Shown piece by piece: positions 1 through 12,539 of a stretch of DNA of 64,000 bases (position 1 is the stretch's first letter; each line of letters begins with the position of its first letter). Under the pieces are notes generated by a model. It was not told where the DNA came from. It saw only the letters and a list, made by a program, of their open reading frames with translations, and did no database searches. This DNA is from Octopus vulgaris (lineage: Eukaryota). A program made the position numbers and the translations under genes. The DNA is taken from NCBI GenBank assembly GCA_951406725.2, contig OX597815.1:123690001-123754000 (forward strand), written 5' to 3'.

Positions 1-184
1 TCATGTCACGCACATTTGGTTGTGATGCATGTGCCTAGTGTACCCTTATCAGACAGGTAGTCATGATGGGTATACTGGGCTTCGTATATTTTACCCCAGT
101 GTCACTTTGATGGCATGAACGACTCTTTCACTCAATGATAGTAAATATAATAGTTTCAAAATTTTGTACAGTTTCAAATTTTTG

Positions 185-330
185 TATCGACCCAGTACTT
201 GATTGGTACTTTATTTTATCGACCACGAAAGGATGTAAAACAAAATCAGTCTCGCTGGAATTTAAACTCACAATGTAAAGAGCCAGAAGAAATGCCACTA
301 ATCATTTTGTTCGACGCTCTAGCAATTTCA
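185..330 (-). mobile_element. Degenerate tRNA-derived SINE fragment
   Basis: Similar to the better-preserved copy at 42913-43143 (atcgacc..aaggatg..ctcg..ggaattt.aactca). Other degenerate copies lie at about 1572-1760, 2695-2810, 9830-9990, 22420-22600 and 48960-49160. Confidence 0.65.
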
Positions 331-510
331 CAATTTCTTACATAATAATAGCGATAATAGAAAAATAAAATGGAGGAATGGTCATGACTGATAAGTGTTT
401 GGGTCATTGGTCTGTTTGATCAGTGTCCTCTTCATGATTAGTATCAACATTAACAACATGGTGCCTCGAGCAAATGAGGGTTCTTCTATATACTCGTTCT
501 ACCTGCTTAA

Positions 511-1213
511 AGTGGCGGCTCGTAGATAAAAATGATTGGGGTGCTGCTTCAGAAAATTTTTAGCCGTTGCTTTAATATTATGTAAAAGGAAACAAAGATA
601 TAAAAAGAAAATTTATGCATAAACTTGATCAGTTCGTGTTTTAGCCACTGCCGGGCAGTTTGTTTAATTTGTTCACCGAACACCGTCGCGAATTCACCCT
701 TGTTTTTCAAAAATCCCCACCTAAATCACAAATAAGGGTAGGAAATGTGCCCTATTTTTCAAATCCTGGCAGCAACACTGAAGCTGGAAGCAGGATAATA
801 ATCTAATTCTACACTTTATCACATTCAAGAATATAAACACGTTTTTGAGCACAACACACGCGGAGTCAAAAAGAAACATTACCTTTCACCGGAACACCGG
901 GGTAGGCACTGTCATTGCACGCAGTGCTCTCTCTCCCTAGCGTGAAGCTTCCTATCTCGGACATGTGAGCATGCGCACAACAGCCAAACATCGCGTCGCT
1001 GAAACTGTAAAGTACACAGTTCTAGACAAAGATTTTTGTATTTTATTCATAAACCAGGGGATGGTTACTCACATAAAGCTTAAGGTTCATATAATGTACA
1101 AGTATAAAGAAAGAATTAAAGAAAAAGAACTCATTATATTGAATGTTACCGATAATATAGAGTAGAAATAGGGGCTGCTGCAGTTCCGCAGTGCCTATAC
1201 ACGAGCTGCCACT
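511..1213. mobile_element. Non-autonomous DNA transposon (MITE) with short TIRs
   Basis: Termini agtggcggctcgt (511) and acgagctgccact (1201-1213) are reverse complements with one mismatch. No coding capacity and no clear TSD. Confidence 0.55.
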
Positions 1214-2189
1214 GATCGGGATGATCTTAATTAAACAGCTATGGCAACAAGATGATATCTTTACAGCAATTTTAACTTTTTCAAAAAATTGACTTGGTAG
1301 TCAATACTTTCCAAAACTTTTTTATGAGTTGCCTCCCTTCGACTTCAATTAAGGTTCCATTAAGAATCATTACCTCATCTTGATACACGTATAGTTTCGA
1401 TTAATTAAAGAGATTTTGTCCAACACATTAAATACCTAGGTACATATTTCACTATTCATCTTGTTATTGAGGTCATTGTCAGAATCTGTTACAAATTTTT
1501 CTTTTTATTCTTACCATTTTCTCATCTATCTCCTTATTTAAAACACATTTTTAATGTTTATTATTCCCTGAGGCGGTCAGCTGGCGGAATTGTTAGCGCG
1601 CTGTGTAAAATGCTGAGCAGCACTTCTTTCAGTTCTATACGTTCTGAGTTCAAATCCTGCCGTTATCAACTTTGCCTTTCCTTCTTTCGTGGGTTCATAA
1701 AGTACCAGTTAAGTGCTGGGATCGAGAGTATTGACGAACACCCAGCTCCTCTGAAATTACTAGCTTTTGTGGAAAAAAAAAGTTATTTATCATTCAATTT
1801 TTAAAAGTTGCATTTCTACCGTTTTCTTCTATGGCAGAGTCGTTAGTCTTGCGTTTTGATTTCAGATCTCACCGAGGTCAGCTTTGTCTTTCATTCTTCC
1901 GGGATCGATAAAAATATATCAACCCAGAATACTGAACTGGGCGGAACTATAAGAACATCAAACCGGAAGCCCTGCAGTATTTTCCCCAGTTCCTTGCGTT
2001 CTGAGTTCAAATCCTGTTATAGTATTCACAGGTGGTAGATGTAATCTGTCACCCGTTTAACACAACCATCTCATTTCTTTGAGGTTTTAGCGGGACTTAC
2101 TCTTGTAAGCATTAGGATCGCCAATTACGAACATTTGGACCCGGTTTGGGTATTATCCACCTCTCATCGGTCTCGGAGACTCTGTAAAG

Positions 2190-2504
2190 CGATGGTTTTT
2201 CAACCGTTTCTTTTTTCTACCTATTGACCCTTTTGATTTCTATTTTACTCTAGTGGGCCACTCGATGTTTAAAACTAAATTTAGAGATGCCTTCCCAAAT
2301 TCCTGTTTTGTTTTTCCACACATTCACTTGTGTAGTTTGAACTATGTAAAATGTTAGAGAAAAAAAACTGAGTTATTTCTTCCAATAAATACGTCTAAAG
2401 CAAAACTTTTTCATGGAATTTTAATATACTACTGTGGGTGCTCAAAAATATTATATGAACCTCCCCTACCCACGTGTCATATGGACCTTGGTTGAGAACC
2501 ATTG
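2190..2504. mobile_element. hAT-like MITE
   Basis: TIRs cgatggtttttcaacc / ggttgagaaccattg. A related left end (cagtggttctcaacc) starts at about 55554. Confidence 0.55.
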
Positions 2505-3546
2505 TAGGAAAGGGACACGGAAACTGTCATTCTTCCATGTAAAAGATTAAAAAAAAAATATTTTCAAATTTCTCTTTGATTCTTGCCATTTTTTCACCTT
2601 TTCTTTACATAAAATACCTTTGTATTCATAACATTATCTTTATTAAATAATTTTTACACTTCCCCTTGCCATATTTCTTCATATAAATTCCGTTGGTGGC
2701 GAATTGGCATGGTATTTGTTCCGGCTACTTGCGCGTTCTGAGTTCAAATCACACCGAGATTAACTTTGCCTTTTCTCTTTACAGGGTCGATAAAATAAAG
2801 TACAGGTCCAGAGAAAGGGAACTGGTCGTCCGATTTAACACCACTACGTGACCTTCAAATCCTTTACAGGAGGAGGTAACCTTGTTGAAAACATTCGGGC
2901 TAGTTCTCTGATTTGAGGATATCTTATCCCATCCCTCCCGATCACAATCATAGAGGTCCTGTAAAGACCACGAGCAGTGTCCTTTCTTCTTGAATAAGCA
3001 GCGAAAAAAGCTGTATTTACAATCTTAAAAATGAGATCTTTGGCTCTACTTTATTTGTCTCTTCATTTTGTATTTAACCATTGCATAATATAGTTATAGA
3101 TACTATTGAAAAGACAAGATAAGCACGTGTGGCACGCCTTTGATCATAAATCTGTTCGATTTGGGTTGGTCAGGGGCTAAGCAGCAGCAGCAGCAGCAAC
3201 AACAACAACAACAACAGTAGCAGCAGCGACAATAACTGGATGTAGCCAGCGACAGAATATCAAGTAAGCTTCTGGCTGAAGGGAACCTCTTTTTATTTCC
3301 CTAGTTTAAGTCATTTCACTTCCATTTCCGAAGAGTACTTAGGAAAGAACATGGAAGTCACAACATCACAAACTCAGTCTCCTTAAATTGTGGACCATTT
3401 TTTTTTGCCTATTCAAATAACAACAACAAAACTATTAACTACGTTTAATAGGTGGTTCTCAAATTAAAAGATACCTGCTCCCACCCCAATAATTGTTTGA
3501 GACATTTACCCCTTTTTAAATAATAGGATAAAATAGACCTTACATT

Positions 3547-3963
3547 TGTAACGAGAAAGGATCTATTATCGAAGCACTGGAAGGGTGTCGATATCCGATT
3601 TAGTCACATATAAAATTCTAGAAAACAATACAGACGAACTCAGGTTAAAAGGGTGAACAGACAGTAGTTTGGTTTATTGATTTCGATGTAGCACGTTGTC
3701 TGGTGGGAGAAAGACAGCCTCTGATATACTGCTTCGTGTTAGTTGTTGAAGTTGGTTGAAGTTGGTTGCTGGTCGTGTGGCTGTCAGAGCCCGGAATTCA
3801 TGACCGATCGCAATGCTGTCTTAGCCGAAGAGAGAGATTTGAGCTTCGCGGGCTCGAGGGAACGTTTTCCCGTACATGCGCATGGGGAAGACTTCCGGTG
3901 GCCATCCGGAAGTAGTCCCATTCTGCGCATGCGCGCCGAACCCTACACAGTAGCATCACTACA
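3547..3963 (-). repeat. 3' LTR of the CsRN1-like element
   Basis: Direct repeat of 8388-8804 with TG..CA ends, adjacent to the PPT. Confidence 0.97.
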
Positions 3964-4094
3964 GGGCTCCCCTCCGAGTGCGAAGTACGGCAACAAGAAA
4001 ATTTGTGGTGGTGCTGCAGAAAACAGAAGGCTTGCCGATCCCCCAGAAGACTTGGTACATAATATCATACAACAAGAAAAATTTTGAAAGAAAG

Positions 4095-7000
4095 TTAAAT
4101 GTAGATTGTCTTTGAAAGTTTCTTGGGCCAATGCACTGTTCTGCCCGATTTTGTAACATACGGTGTGCTCGGGGCACCCGTTGACGGCGAGGGTGGTGTT
4201 GTAGGAGCCGGTGAAGGCAAAGGCGTCTGTGCAGGTGAAGGTGTTTGTGCAGGTGAAGGCGTTTGTGCAGGTGAAAGTGTTGTTAAAGGTGCATAGGTGG
4301 GTGTGTCAAGGTTGTCATCAAAAGATGAAGACGTCTCAAAATGTGCCTTTTTTAAACGGTCCACGGAAACGGTCTCCGAACGACCATTTATCTCAATCGT
4401 GAAAACCTTTGGTGTGCGAGAAAGCACACGAAAAGGTCCTTTGTAGGGAGAAACAAGTGGGCCCTTCACAGAGTCGTCCCGAACAAAAACATGCGACCAG
4501 GTGTTCATATCCGGTGGAAGATGGGACGGTGGAGATTGCTTTCTGGGAACCATGGGTGGAAGGTTCGAAAAATATGCCCGCAGTCTGGTGACATAGGTCG
4601 CCGGATCATGGGGCTGGGAAGTGTCTGGCACCAACATCGTACCAGGCAATGCCAGTGTGGTACCATACAGTAGCTCTGCAGCAGAAAACCCCAGGTCTGC
4701 CTTGACAGCAGTCCGACAGCCGAGAAGTACAATGGGCAAAAATTCAATCCAGGACTGTGGGTCTGAAGAGGCACGAAGAGCGGCCTTGAGCTGTCTATGG
4801 AACCGCTCAACCAATCCATTAGACGCTGGATGGTAGCTTGTGGTGTGGATATGGTGCATACCCAAAATTCACGACAATTCGCGAAATAGCGAGGCCTCAA
4901 ACTGACGTCCACGATCAGTTGTCAATCGGGACGGGACTCCGAAGCGAGAAATCCAGTTTGAAACGAAAGCTCGCGCAACAGTCTCAGCAGAAATGTCTGC
5001 TATCGGAATGGCTTCTGGCCAGCGGGAGAAGCGATCGACACAAGTTAATAGATAAGAGAACCCGCGACTCACAGGCCATGGTCCAACCAGATCGATGTGG
5101 ACATGGCGAAAACGGGCCTCCGGTGGTGGTGGGGGGGGAATTGTCCAAGCGGGGCACGAATGTGCCGTTGAATCTTGGATCGTTGACACTTGGAGCAGGT
5201 GCGTGTCCAAGAAGTAATAGTGCGACGCATATTCGGCCAGAAAAACCGAGCAGTGATTAGTTTAAGGGTGGCAGCGATGCCAGGATGTGATAAGGAGTGC
5301 AGTGCTTCAAACACTGAGCGTTGATGGTTCTCAGGCACCAGTGACCTGGGAGAACCAGTGGAAGTGTCACAAAGAATGGTGCCTTCGGCTGACGGAAGCG
5401 GAAGGTAGGAAAACTGGCAACAGGAGAACTTGGGAGAAGTTAAATCTAACGACGCCAAAGGTGGCTGCTCCTGCGATATGGCAGCTAAGTCGATAGCAGC
5501 AGGAGACGAAAGGGCGCAAACTGGAAGGCGAGAGAGAGCGTCAGCAGGAACGTTCTCTTTTCCAGGTATGTGTCGAATGTTGCTAGTGAATTGAGAGATA
5601 AAATCCAGGTGCCGAAAAGCACGGGGTGAGAGTTTGTCCGTTTTTGAAAACAGGGCAAACGTAAGGGGCTTGTGATCCGTATAGATCACAAAATCTCGCC
5701 CTTCAAGTTGATGCTGGAAATGACGAACCGATAGATAGATCGCTAGGAGCTCACGATCAAAGGTGCTGTATCGTCGTTCAGCTGGTTGCAGTTGACGGGA
5801 AAAGAAGGCTAGAGGTCGAACATGATCATCCACTGTGTGTTGTAACACAGCGCCAATCGCAGTGTCCGATGCGTCCACAGTCAAAGAGAGAGAAGCACCA
5901 GGAACTGGATGTGCAAGCAAAGAAACAGAAGCCAGCTCCTTCTTAATGGACTCAAAGGCTGTCACTGCCTCAACAGAGAGGGTGACTTGACTGTCCTTTC
6001 TAGGAGAGTCCTTTAACAGCCTGGTGAGAGGTAGCAGCTTATCTGCACAACCGGGAATGAAACGTCGGTAGAAATTGATCATCCCTAGATAATGCCTGAG
6101 CTGGCGCAAGGAAGTGGGGGGTGCGATGCGTTGAATGACATCGACTTTTGACGAGAGGGGGCTGATTCCAGTCGAATCAATATGATGCCCCAGAAAATCT
6201 AGGGAAGAGCGTCCGAAAACACACTTGTCGGGATTTATGCGTATACTATACGCGCGAAGACGCTGGAAGAGTTGAGAAAGGTGCCGGAGATGATTTTCTC
6301 GTGTGTCGCTCGCAATGAGTATGTCATCGACATAGGCAAACACAAAATCAAGACCGCGGACAACCTCATCAATGAAACGCTGGAAGGTGCTAGTAGCATT
6401 CCGCAAACCGAAACTCATGTACAAAAACTCAAAACACCCAAACGGGGTAGTGATCGCAGTTTTTGGAACGTCGGCTGGGTTGACCGGTATTTGGTGGTAA
6501 GCGCGTATGAGGTCGACCTTCGAAAAAATGGTACAACCATGGAGATTTGCCATAAAGTCCTGAAGATTTCTAATCGGATAGCGGTCGGCTATTGTGACGG
6601 CATTGAGGCGTCGATAGTCTCCAACCGGGCGAAAATCAGACTCGCCCTTTCGCGCCAAATGAAGGGGAGATGCCCAAGGGCTGGTGGAGGGGCGTATAAG
6701 GCCAAGTTGAAGCATGTGCTCAAACTCGGCTCTGGCCGTTTTTAGTCGGTCTGGCGCTAGGCGCCGGGGGCGTCAGAATACAGGTGGCCCAGTGGTGGTG
6801 ATGAAATGGAGGGTCGAGTGGGTAGGCTTTTCCGGTTTAAAGGCAATGTCCACTAGCTCCGGAAATGAAACCAAAAGAGAGTGAAAAGGGTCACCAGAGG
6901 TGGCAACAAAGAATGTCGGGCTAAGGACCGCAGTGGTGGAACTCCCAGTCGGCGTAGAGAGCGACGTCGTGCTATCAAGAAGCCTCCGACGCCTGACATC

Positions 7001-7340
7001 CACCAATAGATTAAACCTATCCAGGAAATCAGCGCCGAGAATAGGATGCGGGATGTCAGCGATGACGAAAACCCATTGAAAGTCTCGACGAAGGTTGACG
7101 TCGAGGCGCAGCGAAATCTGACCGTAAGTGGTTATGGGAGACGAGTCAATAGCATGCAAGACAATCGAAGAGCGCTTGGGCTTGTCTGCAGCCAGACGAA
7201 GGGGCCAGATGCTGCAACAGGAGCCGGTGTCCACCATGAAGAATTTCTTCGACACCAGATCTTTTACAAAGAATGCACGATGTTTGGGAAACGAGATGGA
7301 AGAAGGTGACGTGCTCACCTCCTCCGGATTTAGTTTTCCG
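4095..7340 (-). pseudogene. pol: Pol (protease, RT, RNase H, integrase) broken by frameshifts and a stop
   Basis: VDTGS protease (6773-7408 ORF). YVDD RT and DAS/ELLA/TDHKPL RNase H (5069-6715). HHCC plus DDE integrase with GPF motif (4095-5210). Frameshifts near 6770 and 5130, stop near 4870. Confidence 0.92.
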
Positions 7341-8013
7341 AGGGCTTGAAAGTGCACGGCTGGGTACACCGATCTGCCTTTTCGGCATACTTCGAATGGT
7401 ACCAGCACCAGCCGGAACGAGAAACAGAGTCACTTCGACTACGGGAAATAGAGCTACTGCAACTACGACTGCGAGATTGGCGTCCGATCGCAAGGCACAG
7501 ATCATCGATTCTCCGCGTAAGCGCATCGATGTTCTCGGCTAGTTTATCGTTCGTCGGAGGGGGCTCTGTACATGCGTACAGGCCCCGCGAGGGAGATGGG
7601 CGCGAAAACTCCAACACCTTGTCGGCCATCGTGGCGATCTGGTCCACAGACACAGAATCCAGTGCCGTGGCCAACATCGTCTGCACGTGGGCAGGCAGCC
7701 TTGAAAAAAATATTTTACGTAAGAGCGGCGCGTCCGCTGCGTTGCCGCTTAGCTCCCTTAGATGGCGCAGAAACTGACTTTCTTCTGAGCGCGTATTGCG
7801 ACGGAGGATTTCCGCCTTTACTGACGCATATGTGGCGTCAGGGTGGGGACTCACAATGAGATCCCCGACCGATGTTGCGAGCCGGGAGGGCAAACTTGAA
7901 TACAGTAGATGTAACTGCTGTTGTGGAGGAATGGTATGCGCGGCAAAGTGTGATTCCACCTGTGCAAACCACAGCCCCGCATCCCCCGTGAATGAAGGCA
8001 AACCTGAAGCCAT
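7330..8013 (-). CDS. gag: Gag (probable start MASGLPS...) with CHCC knuckle
   Basis: WFAQVE motif and C-x2-H-x9-C-x3-C (CWYHSKYAEKADRCTQPC), characteristic of CsRN1-clade Gag. Confidence 0.85.
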   Translation of the reverse strand: MASGLPSFTGDAGLWFAQVESHFAAHTIPPQQQLHLLYSSLPSRLATSVGDLIVSPHPDATYASVKAEILRRNTRSEESQFLRHLRELSGNAADAPLLRKIFFSRLPAHVQTMLATALDSVSVDQIATMADKVLEFSRPSPSRGLYACTEPPPTNDKLAENIDALTRRIDDLCLAIGRQSRSRSCSSSISRSRSDSVSRSGWCWYHSKYAEKADRCTQPCTFKPSEN

Positions 8014-8387
8014 GCCTTTGTCGGAAGGAATCTGTGAGAAGGGGGCAGAGAGTATGGTCGAGAAATGGAGAGAGAACACGTGGAACCGACAAAGCAATTC
8101 AAAATTGTGTTTGTGTGTGCACCTCGTGGGTAGCAAAAAAATAAGTGTGTGTACAAGGAAAACAAAATACAGAAAAGGAAAAATGAATGTGTGTGTTTTC
8201 TTTATTTTTCTGTTTGTTTTTTTTTTTTGTTTTGTGTACTGAGTGCGATGAATAAGGTTATTTGACCCACCTCGCCGTGCTGAAAAAGAGAAAAATATGA
8301 GAAAAAATGAATGTTCAGCGCTCTCCGGCAAAACCTGTTCGCTGTGTCTTCTATCCTGTTCTTTTTTTTCAACTTGGGGTCACCAAT

Positions 8388-8804
8388 TGTAACGAGAAAG
8401 GATCTATTATCGAAGTACTGGAAGGGTGTCGATATCCGATCTAGTCACATATAAAATTCTAGAAAACAATACAGACGAACTCAGGTTAAAAGGGTGAACA
8501 GACAGTAGTTTGGTTTATTGATTTCGATGTAGCACGTTGTCTGGTGGGAGAAAGACAGCCTCTGATATACTGCTTCGTGTTAGTCGTTGAAGTTGGTTGA
8601 AGTTGGTTGCTGGTCGTGTGGCTGTCAGATCCCGGAATTCATGACCGATCGCAATGCTGTCTTAGCCGAAGAGAGAGATTTGAGCTTCGCGGGCTCGAGG
8701 GAACGTTTTCCCGCACATGCGCATGGGGAAGACTTCCGGTGGCCATCCGGAAGTAGTCCCATTCTGCGCATGCGCGCCGAACCCTACACAGTAGCATCAC
8801 TACA
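8388..8804 (-). repeat. 5' LTR of the CsRN1-like element
   Basis: Direct repeat of 3547-3963, followed on minus by the PBS. Confidence 0.97.
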
Positions 8805-10929
8805 CATTTATATAATTGTTCTTTCTTTGCCTTGGCAATTAGACAGATTTAATGAGTTTAAACCATTTTAATATTTGAAAGTTGGTCCTTTGTCTGCTAC
8901 TTTTTCAGTTCTCACTGGCTTACGAAGAGACTAGAGTAACCTTATGCCTATGAAAAACACTGATTTGATTGATAGAAGGCAGAGTTGTTAGGTGAACTGG
9001 TAGAAAATTCACTCGTAGCCATCGGTGCAGCGCCTTGTACATGATTAAGATATTAAATATTCTATACCATCGTATCAAGCTATCAGTAGATATCATATGA
9101 GGGTATATTTTCTAACAATGTAAGCAGCGGGAACACGGTTTAAGTGACGAGTGATCTGTTACTTTATAGTTCTTAGTTCCAATCCTAGAATGGAATAGGC
9201 TGACTTGTTTTAGCTACTCTCTATGCAAACCTCCAAAGTATAACATTCGATAGGGTCTGGTGTTCAATATGTCCAACGAACCATACCTTGTATCGAGAAA
9301 CAATTGTAGAGATGGGTTGAATGTGTCGATAAATCTTACTTTTAATCTTATGCTCACACCATGAGATATTTTTAGTTTTCAATGGACACCTGTATGGGAT
9401 TCGTCATCACCTAATATAGTAAATAACTTGTCCGTGAGCAGGAAGCAATGCAGACTGTAATAGTTTTATTCTCTTACGTCATTAACATCTTTACATAAGG
9501 CATGAACATCACATAATTTTATATTCATTAACAATTTGAAAATTTGTGGTTATGTGTAAGAAATCAGTATATCCACCGTCGGGAACTGGTTTCGATTCCA
9601 CGCCGTAGTCATTTAATTTCATCTTCGCTGAACTATTCCCGTCCCACTTACTCTCTTCCTCTCATCCCCGTTATTGTGATCAACACATCCAGGTCTATAC
9701 TAATTTCTATCCCAATCCTTCCTTCTCAAATCGACATCCCCCTGAAATCCCCTCTCTGCCCATGTCTTTCCTGCAGGTCCAGTAGGAACATTAATGACTT
9801 CTAATTTAGGTAAGGGCATGGTCGATACTATTGATTCCAGTACTTGGCATGTACTTTATTTTATCGGCCCTGAAAAAAATTAAAGACGAAGTTGACCTCG
9901 GTAGAACTTGAACTTAGAACGTATAGTGCCAGAACAAATATCGCAAAGCATTTTCCGACACTTTAACGATTATGTCAGCTCGTTGCTTTCAATAGGAACA
10001 TCAATAACCTCAGTCACACCTGTCTAGCTGGGCCCGCAAAAGTCATGAACACTCCTTTCCTCCAGACCAAGCAGATAAAAAAAATTATGTCACTAAGTAG
10101 AGGCGAAATGGCTGAGTGAATATGATGGATGGGTAACTTAGATGTTTAAATTCCAATATGAATACAGGCGCTTCTCTGTATTCATTGGACAACTCAATGA
10201 ACTTATTTCATTATCACATCACTCAGGAACAGATAATAGATCACAATGGAATCTTACCACAAATAAGTTTTCGTTATAATCTGAAAATGTTTAATCTATA
10301 ATCTGCTTTATGCAATGAAAATGAAACTTTCAATTAGAGCTGTGGCGTATGAAGAACGTGTGCCGTCCGGGGAAGCACTTGAGTTTATCGCTCCCCCGAT
10401 CTTCACAGCTTATATAGGATTATACAACAAACCTAAAAGCGCCACCCCCATAAAAACGTTACCCAGAGTGAATCGCCCCCTCGCCCTCTAGTTAAACTTC
10501 TGCATTCGAAACTTAGCATTTACTCATAGTTTTATTACGTTTTTACGTTGGTTAAAGTCTCCCTTGGTTTTACTAATGAATAATGCATATCATTGTACAA
10601 AATTTTGCGTGTTCATTCGTAGAAGTAACTAAAGAAACCAACTTTAAAATAACAGTGAGACTTTATTCCTTCGCAAATTGCACAGTAGATCAAAGCCAGA
10701 AACGTTACAAATTCTGTTGTTCATCCATTGTCTTGATAATTCAGCTTGGGTCATCATTGGTTACATAGGCTCCGTTATATATCAATTCTCCTCTGAAAAC
10801 GGTAGGATCTGCATAACTCGCCTTGATGAAAAACTCTTTATTCTCTGACTCGTTAATAATTTGTCGCACCGATTATGGAAAATAGCCAGCTCTCGTTCAA
10901 ATGAACTCAAATATTAACAAAATGTGTAA

Positions 10930-11366
10930 AAACCAATTTTGGATAGGGTATGTCAGTGATAATGACAATGTGCTGTTGAAGTGGCCACCACGTTCATCTT
11001 GTGATTTTTTGTCTGGGGCTATGTGAAAGGTCTGGTCTATACACACCTCATCCTACAAGCCTAGAGGAACTCAGACAGAAAATCACTGAAGTGCTGGAGA
11101 ATGTTACGCAAGACAGGCTACAGCGTGTTTGGCTGGAGCTACCGATTTGACGCTTGTTGTGTCACAGACGGTGCGCATATCGAGCATTTATGAAGCTTTT
11201 TGAAATCGGTTGTAAAATATACATCCCTCTGAATCACTTGTCCGAACTGTGATAAATAAATTTTTTATTGTTCAGCATGAAGCTTATTTGATTTCGTTTG
11301 GTACGGACATGTAGTTATTCAGATATTCACATTTCAAATGATGTAAATTTTTTGGGACACTTTGTA
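10930..11366 (+). mobile_element. Tc1/mariner transposase 3' remnant with right TIR
   Basis: Translates across frameshifts to WPPRS..CDFF..WGYVKGLVY..SLEELRQKI..GAHIEHL*. Ends in ttttgggacactttg followed by TA. Confidence 0.75.
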
Positions 11367-12079
11367 TTACCATATTGAAACTAACTGTTAGGTAATTGAA
11401 TATATGTTATTTCCTGAGCTGAAATTATTTGAAAACTTTCGGTCAGTGACGTGCCCCAGCATGGCCACAATCCTTTGGCTGGAAATAGTAAAAAAATATC
11501 AACTATATTTTTTCGTATTTCTAAGTTCTAAATAATGTTCTGAAGCCCCTATTCACTTCACAATGTGAAGTAGGTCATAACATGCTGCACCAGCATATAT
11601 ATTGAAGATTTTGAAAGGTGTTGTCTCAAACCTTGACATTTAAGAAAGAACGGATTAGTTGCAGTTATTCTTAAATCTACAAACTCCTTTCTTCACAATT
11701 TTGTACCAGGAAATTATAATTATAGAATTGCAGGTCTTTGAATGCTAAACTGCAACAATTTAGCTTTTAAAGGCCTGAAATTCTATAACTGTTTCTGTTG
11801 TAGCGTAGATATTCACGTTGCCACTTTTATAACGGGATTTGTAGGTATGTCACCTTAGTATCGTGCACTAATAACAGTGTGATATACAATACTACGGACG
11901 GGGTAGGCACCAACTGTCTCCCCTTGATGTATTCCCAAATACTCTATCAACAGCTGTAACTAATCCAAACACAACTCTCAACGAATTAGAACAACTTCTC
12001 AACAATTTCCTGCTACTCCACAAACGACACCTTTCGACTTCCAGCGATGTCCCTCTCTCTATTTCTTTATTAAGCACTC

Positions 12080-12210
12080 ATGCTCATACACAGAGCTTTG
12101 GTCGGCCCGAGACTATAGTAGAAGACACTTGCCCAAGGTACCACGCAGTGGGACTGAACCCGGAACTATGTGGTTGGTAAGTAAGATACTTACTACACAG
12201 CCACTCCTAT
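12080..12210 (-). mobile_element. tRNA-derived SINE head (octopus OK-like family)
   Basis: taggagtggctgtg...ggttcagtcccactgcgtgg.accttgggcaagtgtc on minus. Same family at 33648-33975 (+), 34070-34230 (+) and 49500-50002 (-). Confidence 0.75.
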
Positions 12211-12536
12211 TTTCACGTTTTCCTCCTCTGGCAGGGTGAGTTTTATATTTGACCCCTCCTTCTTTACCATATTACTATATTTCACTATCAGCTCTCTGTT
12301 GCACTGCCACATCTTCTGTTTCAGCACACTCGGGTCCAGGGGAACACGACCTCCAGTAGCTTCTGCATAACTTCCCACTCTTCACAAATATTCACTACCA
12401 CCAAACAACGGTGGTTTCGCGCGCACGCGCACGCACACACGAACACACACGCACACACACACACACACACACAAACCGCAGCAAAACAAAAACACAACCG
12501 TTCACACAGAAAATGATGGTGGAATGGCTGCATTGT
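12211..12536 (-). mobile_element. 5' portion of an L1/Tx1-like element (5' UTR plus ORF1 start MGSYAEAT...)
   Basis: Shares the 5' terminal motif caatgcagccattccaccatcattt..tgtgaacgg with the adjacent element at 14067-14107. SYA start is typical of ORF1. Confidence 0.55.
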
Positions 12537-12539
12537 GGT

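Larger units (their letters stand above)
3547..8804 (-). mobile_element. Full-length Ty3/gypsy LTR retrotransposon, CsRN1-like clade, recently inserted but with coding lesions
   Basis: Two 417-bp TG...CA LTRs with about 5 substitutions. 4-bp TSD CATT (3543-3546 / 8805-8808). PBS TGGTGACCCC (tRNA-Trp type) on minus at 8376-8385. PPT GGAGGGGAGCCC at 3964-3975. Domain order gag-PR-RT-RH-IN. Confidence 0.97.

Noticed and set aside
3181-3230. Poly-Q coding exon
   Set aside because: A CAG/CAA tract at the tail of a degenerate repeat, with an in-frame TAG.
3743-8871. Plus-strand ORFs over the gypsy element and its LTRs
   Set aside because: Antisense shadows of gag/pol or chance LTR ORFs with no recognisable motifs.
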